This document shows, one piece after another, positions 40,663-53,100 of a stretch of 64,000 bases of DNA. The stretch lies in contig CAJARJ010000001.1 in NCBI GenBank assembly GCA_903944345.1, positions 12,339 to 76,338 on the forward strand, written 5' to 3'. The first letter of the stretch is position 1. Every line of letters begins with the position of its first letter. Source of the DNA: Candidatus Omnitrophota bacterium (GTDB lineage Bacteria; Omnitrophota; Gorgyraeia; Zapsychrales; Fredricksoniimonadaceae). Position numbers and translations under genes: made by a program. The notes under the pieces were generated by a model. It saw only the letters and a list, made by a program, of their open reading frames with translations, did no database searches and was not told the DNA's origin.

Positions 40663-42162
40663 TCAGGCCGCGGCTTCCTGGCTATTGCGTCTTATATCCC
40701 TGAAAAAGACGGCAAAGGCCTTCTCCACCGCTTCTCCCGTTTCCGGAGCAATATCCTGCGTTTCTTTGATGCGCGTGGTAACAGTCATGTCGTACTCGGT
40801 CAGAAACCGGAAGAAATTATCAATAAAACGGCGCATATGCTGGGGCGAAACCCCCTGCAGGAGATTGCGTTGATAAAGATGAAAAAGCACCATCTGCTCC
40901 TCTAGTGAAACCGGGGCAAAATTGGACTGTTTGAAAAGTTCCTGCAGAACCTCGCCGCGGCGTAAACGCGCGAGCGCTTCTTCGGAAAGATTGGTGCGCA
41001 GTTTGGTCATACGCAGCATTTCGCGATACTGGGAATATTCCAGCCTGAGCCCGGAACTGACACGCCGTATCCCCGGTCCCTGGACGCGGCTGCCGATACG
41101 CGACACCGACAAACCCAGGTCAATGGCAGGCTTGAAACCTTCATGAAACAACGGGGCGCTGATATAAATCTGCCCGTCAGTAATGGAAATAAGGTTCGTC
41201 TGGATATAGCCGGTGATATCCCCCTGCATGGTCTCGACCACAGGCAGAAAAGTCATGGAACCCCCGCCGTGCCCTGATGTCATTCGACCCGCACGCTCCA
41301 AAAGCTGGGAATGCAGATAGAAAATGTCTCCAGGATAGGCTTCGCGTCCGGAAGCTCTCTCCAGCAGCAAGGACATCTGCCGGTACACCCAGGCATGCTT
41401 GGTCAGATCATCAAAAACCACCAGGACATCACGCCCTCTGGACATAAAATATTCACCCAGAGCGGCGGCGGAATAGGGGGCCAGATACTGTTCGGCCGCA
41501 GATACTCCCACAGCGGCCGCCACGATAACTGTGTGCTCGATTGCTCCGCGTTCATTAAGCGAATTGATAATGCGCTGCAAGGCCGCCTGGGGGCCGCCAA
41601 TCCAGCAGTAAATACAAACCACCCCGGTATTCTTCTGGTTGATAATCGCATCAACACAGATCGATGTTTTCCCGGTCTGACGGTCACCAATAATCAGCTC
41701 TCTTTGCCCGCGTCCGACCGGAATGGCCAGATCAATGATCTTGACTCCGGTCGGCATCTGCTGCATAACCGGCTCGCGTTCCATGATCCCCGGAGCCTCG
41801 CGAAAGATGGCCGAACGTCCGCTGACCGTGACCGGCCCGCGCCCGTCGAGCGGATCACCCAGACTGCTGATCACCCGCCCCAGAAAACCTTCACCGACCG
41901 GAATACTGGCCTGTGCCTCGTAAGAAAGAACTTCATCGCCGACCGAAACCCCGTTCTCGTCACCGAAAATCGTGGCCATAACATCTTTTTCATCAAAACC
42001 CATGACCAGACCATGCATACCGGCGGAGAACTGCACCAGCTGGCCATAGGCACAAGTCTGCAGGCCCTTAATACGGGCAATACCGCGGCGGACATCCTTG
42101 ACCCGCCCGATCTCCCGCACATCCAGCAGGGGAACCTTGTATTGTTCCTGTATCTGTGTCAT
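40663..42162 (-). CDS. atpA: F1Fo ATP synthase alpha subunit
   Basis: GDRQTGKTSICVDAIINQ P-loop and overall co-linearity with F1 alpha. Confidence 0.95.
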   Translation of the reverse strand: MTQIQEQYKVPLLDVREIGRVKDVRRGIARIKGLQTCAYGQLVQFSAGMHGLVMGFDEKDVMATIFGDENGVSVGDEVLSYEAQASIPVGEGFLGRVISSLGDPLDGRGPVTVSGRSAIFREAPGIMEREPVMQQMPTGVKIIDLAIPVGRGQRELIIGDRQTGKTSICVDAIINQKNTGVVCIYCWIGGPQAALQRIINSLNERGAIEHTVIVAAAVGVSAAEQYLAPYSAAALGEYFMSRGRDVLVVFDDLTKHAWVYRQMSLLLERASGREAYPGDIFYLHSQLLERAGRMTSGHGGGSMTFLPVVETMQGDITGYIQTNLISITDGQIYISAPLFHEGFKPAIDLGLSVSRIGSRVQGPGIRRVSSGLRLEYSQYREMLRMTKLRTNLSEEALARLRRGEVLQELFKQSNFAPVSLEEQMVLFHLYQRNLLQGVSPQHMRRFIDNFFRFLTEYDMTVTTRIKETQDIAPETGEAVEKAFAVFFRDIRRNSQEAAA

Positions 42163-42169
42163 AGAAGTC

Positions 42170-42886
42170 TTATTTCTTCATTAACTCTGCCGCTTTTTCC
42201 AGACGACCGCGCAAACTACCGTCCATAAGCAGAGTCGAGGCACGCACCACCATGCCGCAGATAAGAGCACTGTCCTGCTCAAATTTAAGTATCGGCGGGC
42301 GCCCCATCTTACCTTCAAGCACCGCAGTGAGGTCGCTGACCCGGAAATCCTGCAAAGGATAAGCGGTAACAACGGCTATTTCGGTCATGACCGAAACCAG
42401 GGAATCCGCCGGCATAACAACAATTTCGGAAAAAAGTTCGTCGATCATTTCTTCGTGCAGGGCCCGCATGGCGCGCGAACTGAAAACCATCCTCGTCATT
42501 TGCAAACCAAAGTCCGCCGCCATAATCCTGTGGGCGGTCATAAGCTGGCGTTCCTTTTTAGCAAACTCCTCGGATTTGCGGGCCGCTTCCTGGGCAAATT
42601 TCTCTTTCATGGAAGCCGTCATTTCGCTGATCAGGCGTGCCGCCTGCTCGCGAGCTTCCTGAATAATCCGTTCGGCTTCCTCGTTGGCGCGGCGAAAAGC
42701 ATCCTCCTGCTCAAGCCGGGCCTTGACCGCCATCTCTCCCAACTCTGTTTCACGGGCAAGGTTGCGCTCATGCAAAACCTTGAGCCGGCCAAGTGCCCCG
42801 TCCAGCTGTTTCTGAAACAACTGACGCAGGAAAAGAAAAAGCAAAAAAAGCGCAACAATCTGAATAATCAGCAATTGAAGGAACAT
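42170..42886 (-). CDS. atpFH: ATP synthase b subunit fused to a truncated delta (OSCP C-terminal domain only)
   Basis: N-terminal TM plus long charged coiled coil (b-like); C-terminal ...ICGMVVRASTLLMDGSLRGRLEKAAELM matches the delta C-terminal motif; total 238 aa, so the delta N-terminal domain is absent. Confidence 0.65.
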   Translation of the reverse strand: MFLQLLIIQIVALFLLFLFLRQLFQKQLDGALGRLKVLHERNLARETELGEMAVKARLEQEDAFRRANEEAERIIQEAREQAARLISEMTASMKEKFAQEAARKSEEFAKKERQLMTAHRIMAADFGLQMTRMVFSSRAMRALHEEMIDELFSEIVVMPADSLVSVMTEIAVVTAYPLQDFRVSDLTAVLEGKMGRPPILKFEQDSALICGMVVRASTLLMDGSLRGRLEKAAELMKK

Positions 42887-42893
42887 AGGCCTC

Positions 42894-43103
42894 TCACTTG
42901 AAAAGCAGGTAGACCATCAATAAGGACATGACCGCAACCGCTTCGGCAAAAATAAAAGCCATGATCATCGCCATCAAAATCCGGGGCGAAGCAGAAGGAT
43001 TGCGTCCTACCGCAGAAACAGCGCCGTAACCAACGACTCCGATAACAGCAGCCGGCCCCAACGTACTTAACACCACAACCATGACAATGGTAATTTCTTT
43101 CAT
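42894..43103 (-). CDS. atpE: ATP synthase c subunit (proteolipid), H+-type
   Basis: Two-TM hairpin with the conserved carboxylate in IFAEAVAV; no Ser/Thr next to Glu, so not the Na+ motif. Confidence 0.9.
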   Translation of the reverse strand: MKEITIVMVVVLSTLGPAAVIGVVGYGAVSAVGRNPSASPRILMAMIMAFIFAEAVAVMSLLMVYLLFK

Positions 43104-43115
43104 ACTGCTCCCGGA

Positions 43116-43373
43116 CTAAGCGGGCTCCTCCATAACCAAAAGAGTGCCGTCGACAACCTGAGCCACTCCATGAGCGACAGGAAACGACTCCACAAGACTT
43201 CCTGCGGAAGTCAATGCCGGACGACGCAGAATAATTTCTCCGTGCACAAGACCACAAACAATATCCTGATGGGAGTCCATGACGGAAATGACACCACCAG
43301 TGCCGGGGAGGACGACTTCAACCGCCTCGTCGTCGAACACAACAGCCTGCGGTGTCAGAATACGAACCTTCAT
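43116..43373 (-). CDS. atpC: ATP synthase epsilon subunit, N-terminal beta-sandwich domain only (85 aa)
   Basis: MKVRILTPQAVVFDDEAVEVVLPGTGGVISVMDSHQD pattern typical of epsilon; lacks the C-terminal helical hairpin. Confidence 0.7.
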   Translation of the reverse strand: MKVRILTPQAVVFDDEAVEVVLPGTGGVISVMDSHQDIVCGLVHGEIILRRPALTSAGSLVESFPVAHGVAQVVDGTLLVMEEPA

Positions 43374-44167
43374 CCCTTGCCCGCAGGAGGAGCGCCTGCT
43401 GACGGGCCCTTGCGGTCAGCCCCGGTACCGGCAGCCGGAGTGTCGCCCGACGATCCTGACGCTCCGGCAACAGCGTTTAACTGCCTGAGCCAGACAAAAT
43501 AGAAACTTGCCCCCAAAATACCCAGAAAAAGCATAACGGCACCGACGAACTTGAAAATCGCTCCGGTGGAATAAGCCCGCGACTGGCTCATAAAACCACG
43601 GGCCAGATCCAGATCCGCACGAATTGACGCCAGAATATTAAGATGCTCGCGATAAGAAGAAATATGCTGTTCGGGATTGGCCGGAGGGAACCTTGCCGCT
43701 GACTCGATCTGGTCGAGCTTGAGCGTAATCTCTTTATACATGCCTTCAAAACGATCGGCATACTCTGTATTCTTGAGCTGTTTTCCTATCCGCTCCAGTT
43801 CGTGCCGAAGCGTTTCGATCTCATTAACCGGAACCGACCAGATGTCGCGCAACTCGATGTCCTGTTCAAAAGTCTCACCCGGTTTGAGCTCGAAATCACC
43901 CGACACAAAATAAGACCCCTGCTGACTATCATACACCAGCTGCAAATCACCTTTACCCAACACATCATCGGGCTTGACCTCTTTGGGCAAATACGCCTTG
44001 ATCGAAGCAATCTGCGCGTCTTCTTTAGAAGGGTTGGCAGCCATAACCTTGAGCACAATAGCCGCCCGCAGATCTCCCGGAAGACCGGTCAGAAGAAAGA
44101 GCGCTCCCGCAGACACAAAAAGGAGCCGCCACAATAGAATGCCACACGCATTATTCCTTGTACTCAT
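43370..44167 (-). CDS. Hypothetical membrane protein (N-terminal signal/TM, soluble domain, C-terminal TM, Gly/Ala/Ser/Pro-rich tail) encoded between the giant gene and atpC
   Basis: ORF with overlaps at both ends (17 nt with the giant gene, 4 nt with atpC); no family recognised. Confidence 0.5.
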   Translation of the reverse strand: MSTRNNACGILLWRLLFVSAGALFLLTGLPGDLRAAIVLKVMAANPSKEDAQIASIKAYLPKEVKPDDVLGKGDLQLVYDSQQGSYFVSGDFELKPGETFEQDIELRDIWSVPVNEIETLRHELERIGKQLKNTEYADRFEGMYKEITLKLDQIESAARFPPANPEQHISSYREHLNILASIRADLDLARGFMSQSRAYSTGAIFKFVGAVMLFLGILGASFYFVWLRQLNAVAGASGSSGDTPAAGTGADRKGPSAGAPPAGKG

Positions 44168-47100
44168 ACCATACCTGGGTTACCGGTTTGTTATTCATAT
44201 TCTCAAGAATTTTCTTGCTGACTTCCATGGCGGCCTTGAGTTCCTGGGTCTTGTTCTTGAGATAGGTCATATCTCCCTGGCGTTCCTGGGAAACATCAAG
44301 CATTTTACCGAGACTGACGCCACCCTCACCGGTTAAAGACTGGATCTGTTTGGCCATAGCTGTCAACTGTCCGAACAAAGGAGCAACCGCGGATTGCGCG
44401 GCATCCGCCGCCAGACCACCAGCTCCCTTGAAAGCGCCGGAACCCATGTCATTAATCACGGTTTCGATGGACGCAAACTGCTCGTTTAACTTGTTGACCG
44501 TGGTATTGATGCCGGAAATGCCCGATGTGGTTCCCATCAAGGCGGATACCTGGGAATAAACCTGATCCAGATCAGACATCGTGACCGTAATCGTCATGGC
44601 ATCCATAGTGCCCAACGTTGGCTCGGAACAGACAATAGTAAAGTCGCCACGCCCCCAGGACGAGTAGAAAAGAACCGGATACTGGTAAATTCCGGTTCCT
44701 GTCATCTCGGTCATCCGGGCGGAAGTAACTACCTGCAAATTTTGAGCATTGTAAACATCGATCACAGGCACCAGCCCGGAGCCGGCACGATAGCGTATGG
44801 TCAGCGTTTCGCCGGCTTTAACCGCGCTTTCGGTATTAAGAATTTCAGAACTCAACTCGCGCTGGACAGTTTCCTGCAACAGACTGATACGTTCAGGCAG
44901 TTCTGTCTGCGTCGAGAAAAGAATCTTGCGGGTTTCATTCTGCAGTTCCGTCTTGATGGACGCTATGTCTTTTGACACAACTTCTTTCATATCCTCGGAA
45001 GTGGCCGCAACCGTGGACTGAATATTGGACACCGCAGACATAAGTTGCTCGGTCGTTTCCGTGAAAAACTCGTACTGCATGATCTCTGAGCCGACATCAA
45101 TATTGGCCGCCGAAGTGTATTCACGTCCGCGATATTCAATAGTCAAAGTTGCCGGATACACCTTGCCCGCCTCGAAAGCGGTCTCAGCGAGAGTAAAATT
45201 ATACATACCTGTAGCTCCCGGAGCGGGCGAGGCCATACTGTTGCGCACAGTTTCTCCGTCAGGTTCGTAAATCTTGAACGTTGCCGTTCCCATATCGGAA
45301 CGCTCGGTTTCGTTGGTGCCGACCAGTTTCCCCTTGCGCTGAAGAGACCCGACCGCAGTCAACGAATCCGTTGCCGGAGAGAAGCTGTAGGTCAGGATAG
45401 ATTCCCATGTTACCTGGGCAGAAGCTGCATTTTCCAGATAAACAGTGACAACATAAGGCTCAACACCCTGCTTGGGCGGCGTCCAGGTGACACTGTTATC
45501 TATATACTCCTGCTTGGAGAAAAAGGTTGTATATGACCCGTAAGGATATTCTTCTGTTCTTGTAAGAGGAGAAGCCAAAGCCGTATCGGTCCAGCCGCTG
45601 GCCGGCTCGTTAACCGAAAAGTCTGTCAAATGCTGGTAAGTATCATAATCCATAACCTTGAAAACCGCTGTAGCGTAAACCAGCGCCAGATCGCTGTCGC
45701 TGGTGTCCATAGTGGTGTTGTCATCTACATCCGAAACCCTCACCCGGACATGTTCGGATTTGATGTCCGGCGTAGTCCAGTTGTAGGTTCCCGTATTGAC
45801 TGCGGTGCCAATAAAAGACCAGTTTAGGCCGTCAGTTGTATACTCCAGACGGACATTGCTTATTGTTCCCATGGTCTGCCACGTAATGGCATGCGTGGAA
45901 CGAGCCACAAGCTTCTCGCCACCATTAGGAGAAAGGATTCTGAAACCACCGCGAATACGCACATTCCCCTGGCTGGTGGCGGTGATCTGGCTGCGAACCC
46001 CATCAGTCAGACGGAACTTGATGGTGCGTCCGGTAATGGCATCCGCAGGCACAACCCAGTCATAACTTCCGGTATTGGCCAGATTGGTTTCAATAATACG
46101 GCGGGTGATAAAATTATCACTGGAATAATCCAGTGTAAGATTGGCAATAGATAACCCCGTCCATTCCCAAGTCACCGGGATGGTATCGGCCAGAACATAT
46201 TCATCGCCGGAGCCGGGAGTAAGGAAAGTCATGGTCGGCAAAGGATTGATTACAAACACATCATCCGAAACATCAAGAACGGCCGGACGGTTACCATCCA
46301 CAAGCCTTACAAGGCACTGGGTGGTTATATAATCTGGTACGGTCCAGCTATAAGATCCACTATTGGGAATACCGCCACGCACCAAGTACCAGGTGATCCC
46401 GTTGTCCGGCGAATAACTCAATAGCAGATTTTCAGACACCGTGCCCTCGGACTCCCAGCGAACAGGGCCACGGTCTCCCACCGACCAGACCTCACTGCCA
46501 TTAGGTGCCGTAATTGTGATCCCCGGAAGCGCTAGATTAAAAGCCGGTGAAGTTGCCGTAGTGGAAGGACGCGACTCGTCCATAATGCGCACCAGCGCCG
46601 TGCTAAAGACATTGTCGGGAATAGTCCAGGAATGTGAACCGGTATTATGCACTCCGGTGGCGATCTGTATCCAGGACGCGCCATTATCCACCGAATAGGA
46701 GAGGCGCAAATTGTTGGAAACACGCCCGCCATTATCTTCCCAGGTGATGTCATGTACGCTCCCCACACGCCAGACCTCGCCCCCCTCCGGATGAAGCATG
46801 GTAATCTGCGGTGCTGGAAGTATTGTAAAAGACGCATCCGACTTGTCCCAGACCGCGGAACGGTCAGCATCGGTGATGCGCACCCGCAAAGTGGCGCTGC
46901 GATCATCCGGCACCGTCCAGGCATAAGTTCCGGTGTTGGGCACACCCTGTGCAATCAGAACCACGTCGGAAACAAAATTGTCATCAGAATACTCAATTCT
47001 AAGATTATTGCTGATGGCGCCCAGGGGCTGCCAAACAATATTTTCCACATCACCCACCGAAACGATTTCCCCACCATTAGGCCAAGTTACAATAATCCTG

Positions 47101-50100
47101 GGCAGGGTAATGGCAAAAGTAAGATCCGAAGTGTCCGAAATCTGGGTCCGCAGGTTATCAGTCAACCTCAGGCGGACAGTATCAGACATATCATCCGGAA
47201 CAGTCCAAAGGTACTCCCCGGTATTGGGCGCACTGCCGGCAATGGTATGAACCGTAGCGAAGTTGTCGGTCGAATACTCCAGTTTGAGATCATTGCTAAC
47301 CGAGCCTACGGACTGCCAGGTGATGGGATACTGCATTCCGACCGGCCAAAGCTCTCCGCCGTTAGGCGAAGTTATAATTACTTTGGGCAGGGAAATCTCA
47401 AAAACCGCATCCGAAACATCAGTTGTGGCCGGACGGGTGGCATCAAAAATCTTGACCAAAGAGTTAGTAGAAAGACTATCGGGGATCATCCAGTAATAAA
47501 GGTCATTGTTGGCTACTCCGGTAGCAATGTTGTTCCAGGTGCTGCCGCCATTACTGGAATACTGCAAGGTAATATTGTCGCGCACAGCCCCGAAATCGGA
47601 ACCTTCCGAATACCAGCGAACTTCCTGGGTCGTTCCAACTGCCCACATTTCCCCGCCATTGGGCAGAACAAGGGTAATGGCAGGCGGCTTGATCGTAAAG
47701 TTGGCCGGCGAAGAAGACGTAACCGACGGATAAGACATGTCGGTAATCCGCACCCGCATCGTCTGGCTATTGGCATCGGCAACCGGCCCCCACAAGTAAT
47801 TGCCGGTATTCGACTGCCCGGTACGGAAAGTCGTCCACGTAGAACCGCCATCCGTTGAATACTCCAGCTTGAGGTTGGCGCTCAGACTTCCCACTGAAGT
47901 CCAGGTGACTGAATAATTTCCGGTCGCATACCAGGACTCGCCACCCACCGGAGAGGTCAGGGTCACTGTGGGCAGTTCAATTGCAAAAGGTGCCGGAGAA
48001 ATGCCCGCGGCCAACGCATCGTTCTGGTCTACAACCTTGATCCTGGCCGTTTCGGTTGGCTCATCCGGCACGCGCCAGGTAAAACTCCCCGTATTCGCCT
48101 GGTTAAATCCGGAAAGAGTCCAGGTCGCTCCATCATCCGTGGAATAGAAAATACTGATCTTGTTATAATCCGCACCGCTGCTATCCAGCTTGTGACCGTA
48201 AGTCCGCCAGCGAACGGTATAATCCGTCCCCATGGTGATCCGCTCGCCACCAACAGGCTGAATCAGCTCGATAGTCGTGTGCGCCAGCACCCTGAAAGCA
48301 ACGCTGGTGATCGTGACCTGGGCGCGCTGGGCATCGGTCAAACGCACGCGAACCGCAGAGCCCACGGCCCCTGGAGGAACCACCCAGGCATAAGTTCCAC
48401 TATTAGTCAAATGCTCGGCAATCAGGACAAAGTCGGTACCATTAAGACTATATTCAAGTTTAAGGTCATTTGATACGGTGCCGTCAACAGTCCAGGTGAT
48501 ATTGTTGGTATCGCCAACAACCCAGACCATATCCGCTACAGGACTGGTCAGAGTAAGAACGGGATCCACAATAGAAAATACCGGTGAAGTAAAAGAAACC
48601 TCCTGCTGGGTGCCGCGACCGGCAGGAATGCCCACCTCGGTCAATCGAACCATCATATTGGCCGAGATAATATCAGGGACCTGCCAGTTATAAGTTCCTA
48701 AGATATCGTCGTTATTCCCCGCTCCCTGAGGAGTTCCCACGGAAACCTGCGCGATTTCATGCACATCAGACTGGAAAGCATCATTTGAATATTCCAGCTT
48801 GATCTGCGAAGAAAAAATGAGCGAATTGGTCCGCCAGGAAATAGGCTTCGAGGCCCCGACACTCCAACGATCACCCAAAACCGGAGAAGAGAGGCTGAAG
48901 GCCGGTGTGGGCACAATTGAGAAAGCAGTATTGGAAAGATCCTGTATCCGATCATTGGACGGCGAAGAAATACGTACCAGCACGCTGTCGGCAAAAACAG
49001 CCGGAACGACCCACTCGTAGACACCATCATTGGGCGTGATCGCGCTGATCACGGTCCACGATGTCCCACCATTGGTAGAGTACTCGATCTTGACCACATC
49101 ATTAGGAATGGCTCCGGTGACATTCCAGGTGATATTAAACTGCCGGCCAGCTTCCAGGACTTCACCGCCATTGGGCGCGGTTACAGCCAAAGACAGCACC
49201 CGGAACGAAGCCGCACTGACATCCGCGACTGTCGGCAAATCTTCGCTGGAAATGCGCACATAACCCTGTTGACTGGGCGCGTCAGGCACAAGCCAGTTGT
49301 AGGAACCGGTATTGGACACATGCTCGGCAATAAGCGCCCAGGTATTGGCATTGTCCGCAGAATACTGGAGTTTGACCAGCCCCGATCCGCCTTCAACCTG
49401 CAAAGCCTGGGAGTTCCAGGTCACCGGATACGTCTGTCCAACCACAATAGTCTCGCCGCCGTTGGGGGCAGTGAGATTGAGGAACGCGGTGATGTAATCC
49501 AGGGAAATATCATCGAGAATGGCCGCCTGCTGGCCTTCCGAGAAAAAGAGCGCTCGGTACTGGAACCACTGATCGCTGTCCGCATCCGTATGCAGAGGGT
49601 TGATATTCTCCCCGCCCGAAGGATCCAGATAATACGTCTGCGCCCCCATAAAAGTAACACCGACACTTTCTATTGACGGGGTACGGAAAGATGACGGCTC
49701 CGAATGCAGATAAGCGCGGAAATAAAAGTTCCCCTGCGGATAAATATCCTGGAATTCGGTCAGATGCGCGTTGATCTCGGCAGACGTATTCGTCTGGGAA
49801 TAGCCACCTGTGACATCGTCCCACTGACTGCCGTCCCACCAGTGCCAGGTATAGCCATTGGGCGACACCTGATAACGAACAGTCGTTCCATAAGGCGTCA
49901 GCAGAATATCCTGCATTTGCACCAGGCTCTTCTCGTAATAAAACGTGCCGTTGACCGGTTGAATAACCGGATTGGACGAAGCATAAACGGCAATAGCGCC
50001 AACGGTCTCGGGAGTAAGCACATCAAACAAAAGGGGTTCATTTTCTACCTGTTTATGGCTTTGGTAATGAGCCAGAACCTCACGAGCCAAAAGAACACGA

Positions 50101-53100
50101 TCATAAATGCGAACCCCGTCCAGATTGCCTACAAACGGCATAGCAGCCGAAGCCTCCCGGCCCAACTGCAAATTGTCATTGTTAGTCAACATGGTCGATG
50201 TTTCCTGGGTTGAGGTGTACACCAGATTGCCGTTGACATAAATTTTGACAGTATCCACGGCCTCGTCAAAAGTGGCCACCACATGCTGCACGAGCCCCTG
50301 GGTGAGAACCGCACCGGTCGCGTGAAGTTTCTGGGTGTTGTTACGGAAAGAAAAGGCCAAAGTATCGGAATACTGATAGAGTCCGTAATTGAGACGGGAA
50401 TGCAGGTCACTGCCCTTGGCCAGAATAAGATGGTTACCCTCAATGGTCAGCGGCTGAACCCAGGCCTCCAGCGAAACCTGTCCGGTCACATCAAGCGTGG
50501 CGCTGTCGGCGGCATACCCGTAAGCCGTGGTTCCGTTAAAGGTCAGGGCCTTGGCACCCGGAAAACCCGTCAGATCCGTTGAGGACCAGGAAGTATTGAC
50601 CAAAGAAATCCGGTTATTGTTGACGGTCGCATCGGCCGTGGAAGTGCCCACCCCTTCATCAAAATGCCAGACGGCCAAAGGAGCGCCATCGATGTAATCG
50701 AAGGGACGCGCCAGCCAACCGGCCCCTCCGGAAAGGGTTACATTGTGTCCGTACAGGCTGCCATCCACTGCTGTTGAGCCGGTTGCGTCGTTAAAACGCC
50801 AGAGGCCCAGCAGCCCCGGCTCGGTGCCGGAAAGAGCACGGTAACGGCGCTCGAAAAGATCACCAACGGCCTGCTGCTCTCCCCAGACGCGCGCCTCGTC
50901 AATAAGACCCACCAGTCCGCCGCCAATCTGCAGCGGATTGGCATTGGCTGATACCGTTCCGGTCAAAGCCGAAGAAGCTTTCTCCTGGCCGTCAACAAAC
51001 AGCTTCAAACGGGCACCATCATAAGTCAAGGCCGCATGGGTAAGGGTTCCGGTCGGATAATCTCCGGTTGAAACACTGGTGCCATTGACAAACCCGGTCA
51101 GCCCCAGAGTGGTCAGCTTAAGTCCGAAAGAGCCGCTCTTGACCAGAATAGTCTGATCAGCGGGGACATCTTCGTTTTCTTCATCTCCCCAGACAGGCAC
51201 AATAACCCAGGCATTACTTAACCCGAACACCTCGTCATCCGAGAGGGCCCGGTTATAAATAGTTACCTCGTCAATGATGCCGTCAAAATAACGCGCAGCC
51301 AGGTCTGTGCTGCCTATAGCCAGGTTCTTGGACTGTACGGCCGGAAGATTGTTTAACGTGATCGACATCCCGTTGACCGACTGACCATTGATATACAGCT
51401 TGATCGAGGTTCCATCAAGCACCGCAGCGACATGGTTCCAGGTATTGCCAGCCACCGCCAGTCCCGAAGCAGACACAAAATCGTTACTGAAATTAGTAAA
51501 AGCCAGCCTCCCGTTATTTTGTACGGCCAGAACAAAAGAGTCCCGGCTGCTTCTGTTGCCCCAGCTAATGACCCCGTTCCAGGTGGTCTGAGGAAGCGTA
51601 CGCGGATAAATCCAGGCCCCCACCGACATTTCACTACCCACAGGCAAGCTTATAGTGTCCGTACGGGTCAAATTCGAGGTTCCGGTAAAGTCCAGTGCGG
51701 AACCGGAAAAGCCGGGAACCCACAAGGGCGAACCCATATCGTTAAAATCAATGGAACCCGCGAAATCTTCGGTATTATACCCGGCGTTCTCGTCCATTTT
51801 CCACCAATTGGTCAAACCGTCAACGGGCATGGCTGGCAAAGAGGTGTCTTGTTCGACCTGCGTCCCCGGATTGCCATAATACATAATAACGGTCTTGGTG
51901 CTGCGCCCGGGAACATAGGGCACCTGCACCATAAAACGAGCCTGGGCCGGTGAAGAGGACAGAATGCGATGCGGCAAAGCGGTCCCGTCAGTATCCACAA
52001 AGCGAATATCGCCATAGTCGGAGCGCATCTTGCCATCGGCATAGGCAATGTCAAACACATACAACTTGTTTTCTGCATCTGCCAACCCCGAATTGTCGAA
52101 AGTCAGGACGCGGCGATGGGCAAAACCCGGCAACCATTGCGAACGGACGACCAGGGGCGTTTCCTGCGCACCGAAAGTGACCGGCAAAGTCAGGCCCAAG
52201 GCACCTCCTTCGGTATCACCGCGGTAAACTTTCCAATTGTCAGTAAAGGCATTATAGCCTCCGCGACCGTTATGGATAATGTGCGGAACCAAGGTCGTAT
52301 TGGGGGCAAAGGTAGAGGTGTAAAGAAGTGTCCATGGATCTGAGCCGGTTGTCCGATAATAGTATTTGGCTCCCTGGGTGGGTTGAAGGGTGATCTTGAT
52401 GTCATAGGAAGTGCCAAATGTGTAATTGGTGCTTACCCGTCCACGGCTGGTGCCATTTTCATAAATATAGATAGAAGCATTGTTTTCGAAATAAATAGCG
52501 TATGGCATCTGTCCATAGCTCTGATCTGTGCCAGGTATTTTCCAGCCGATCATGGTGGCTTCGTTGGTACTGGCCTGCCTGAAGGAGGCTTCGAAAGTTG
52601 TGCCCTCGTTATAGCGCTGAAAGGTCTGTTTGGTATTTATATAAGCGTCTGACCAGTTATTATTGCCCAGCAGTCGAACCTCACCGTTCTCAAAATAAAC
52701 ACGAGAGGAGTAATTATAATTTGTGGTCATATAGGAATCAAAGTCATCGAGATACAGATAATCGCTCAACGAGTCGTCACTCTCACTGTTGGCCGCGGCA
52801 TTGCCGTAATAGAGATAAAGCTGTTTAATGCTATCCGCTGGAAGATCGGGAACCTCAAGATAAATAGTCGCCTTGCTGGCACCTAAACTGCGGATGCGGT
52901 AGCGAAGTTTATGCCGCATGTCCTTTTCCCAGAAGCGAATATCGGAGAAATCCGGTTTCATGCCCGGCTCATAATCAATCTCCATGGTCAGAACCAGATA
53001 CTCGACAGCCTCCTGCCCCGCATTATTGATATTAATTTCCTTACGATAAAGCCATCCACCAGGCCAATAATTAAGCGTATGTTCGAAACTGGATTCGACT

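Noticed and set aside
46647-47858. 403-aa plus-strand ORF, and many other 60-170-aa ORFs on both strands, inside the giant gene
   Set aside because: They are antisense or out of frame relative to a continuous 4918-aa ORF that has clear domain structure. Their translations are Arg/Gly/Pro-rich low complexity.
45700-49580. Possibility that the Ig-like repeat array is a DNA-level tandem repeat, CRISPR-like array or assembly collapse
   Set aside because: The repeats are conserved only at motif level in protein. Unit lengths vary and the nucleotide sequences are diverged, so these are ancient coding repeats rather than identical DNA repeats. There are no spacer/repeat regularities anywhere in the window.
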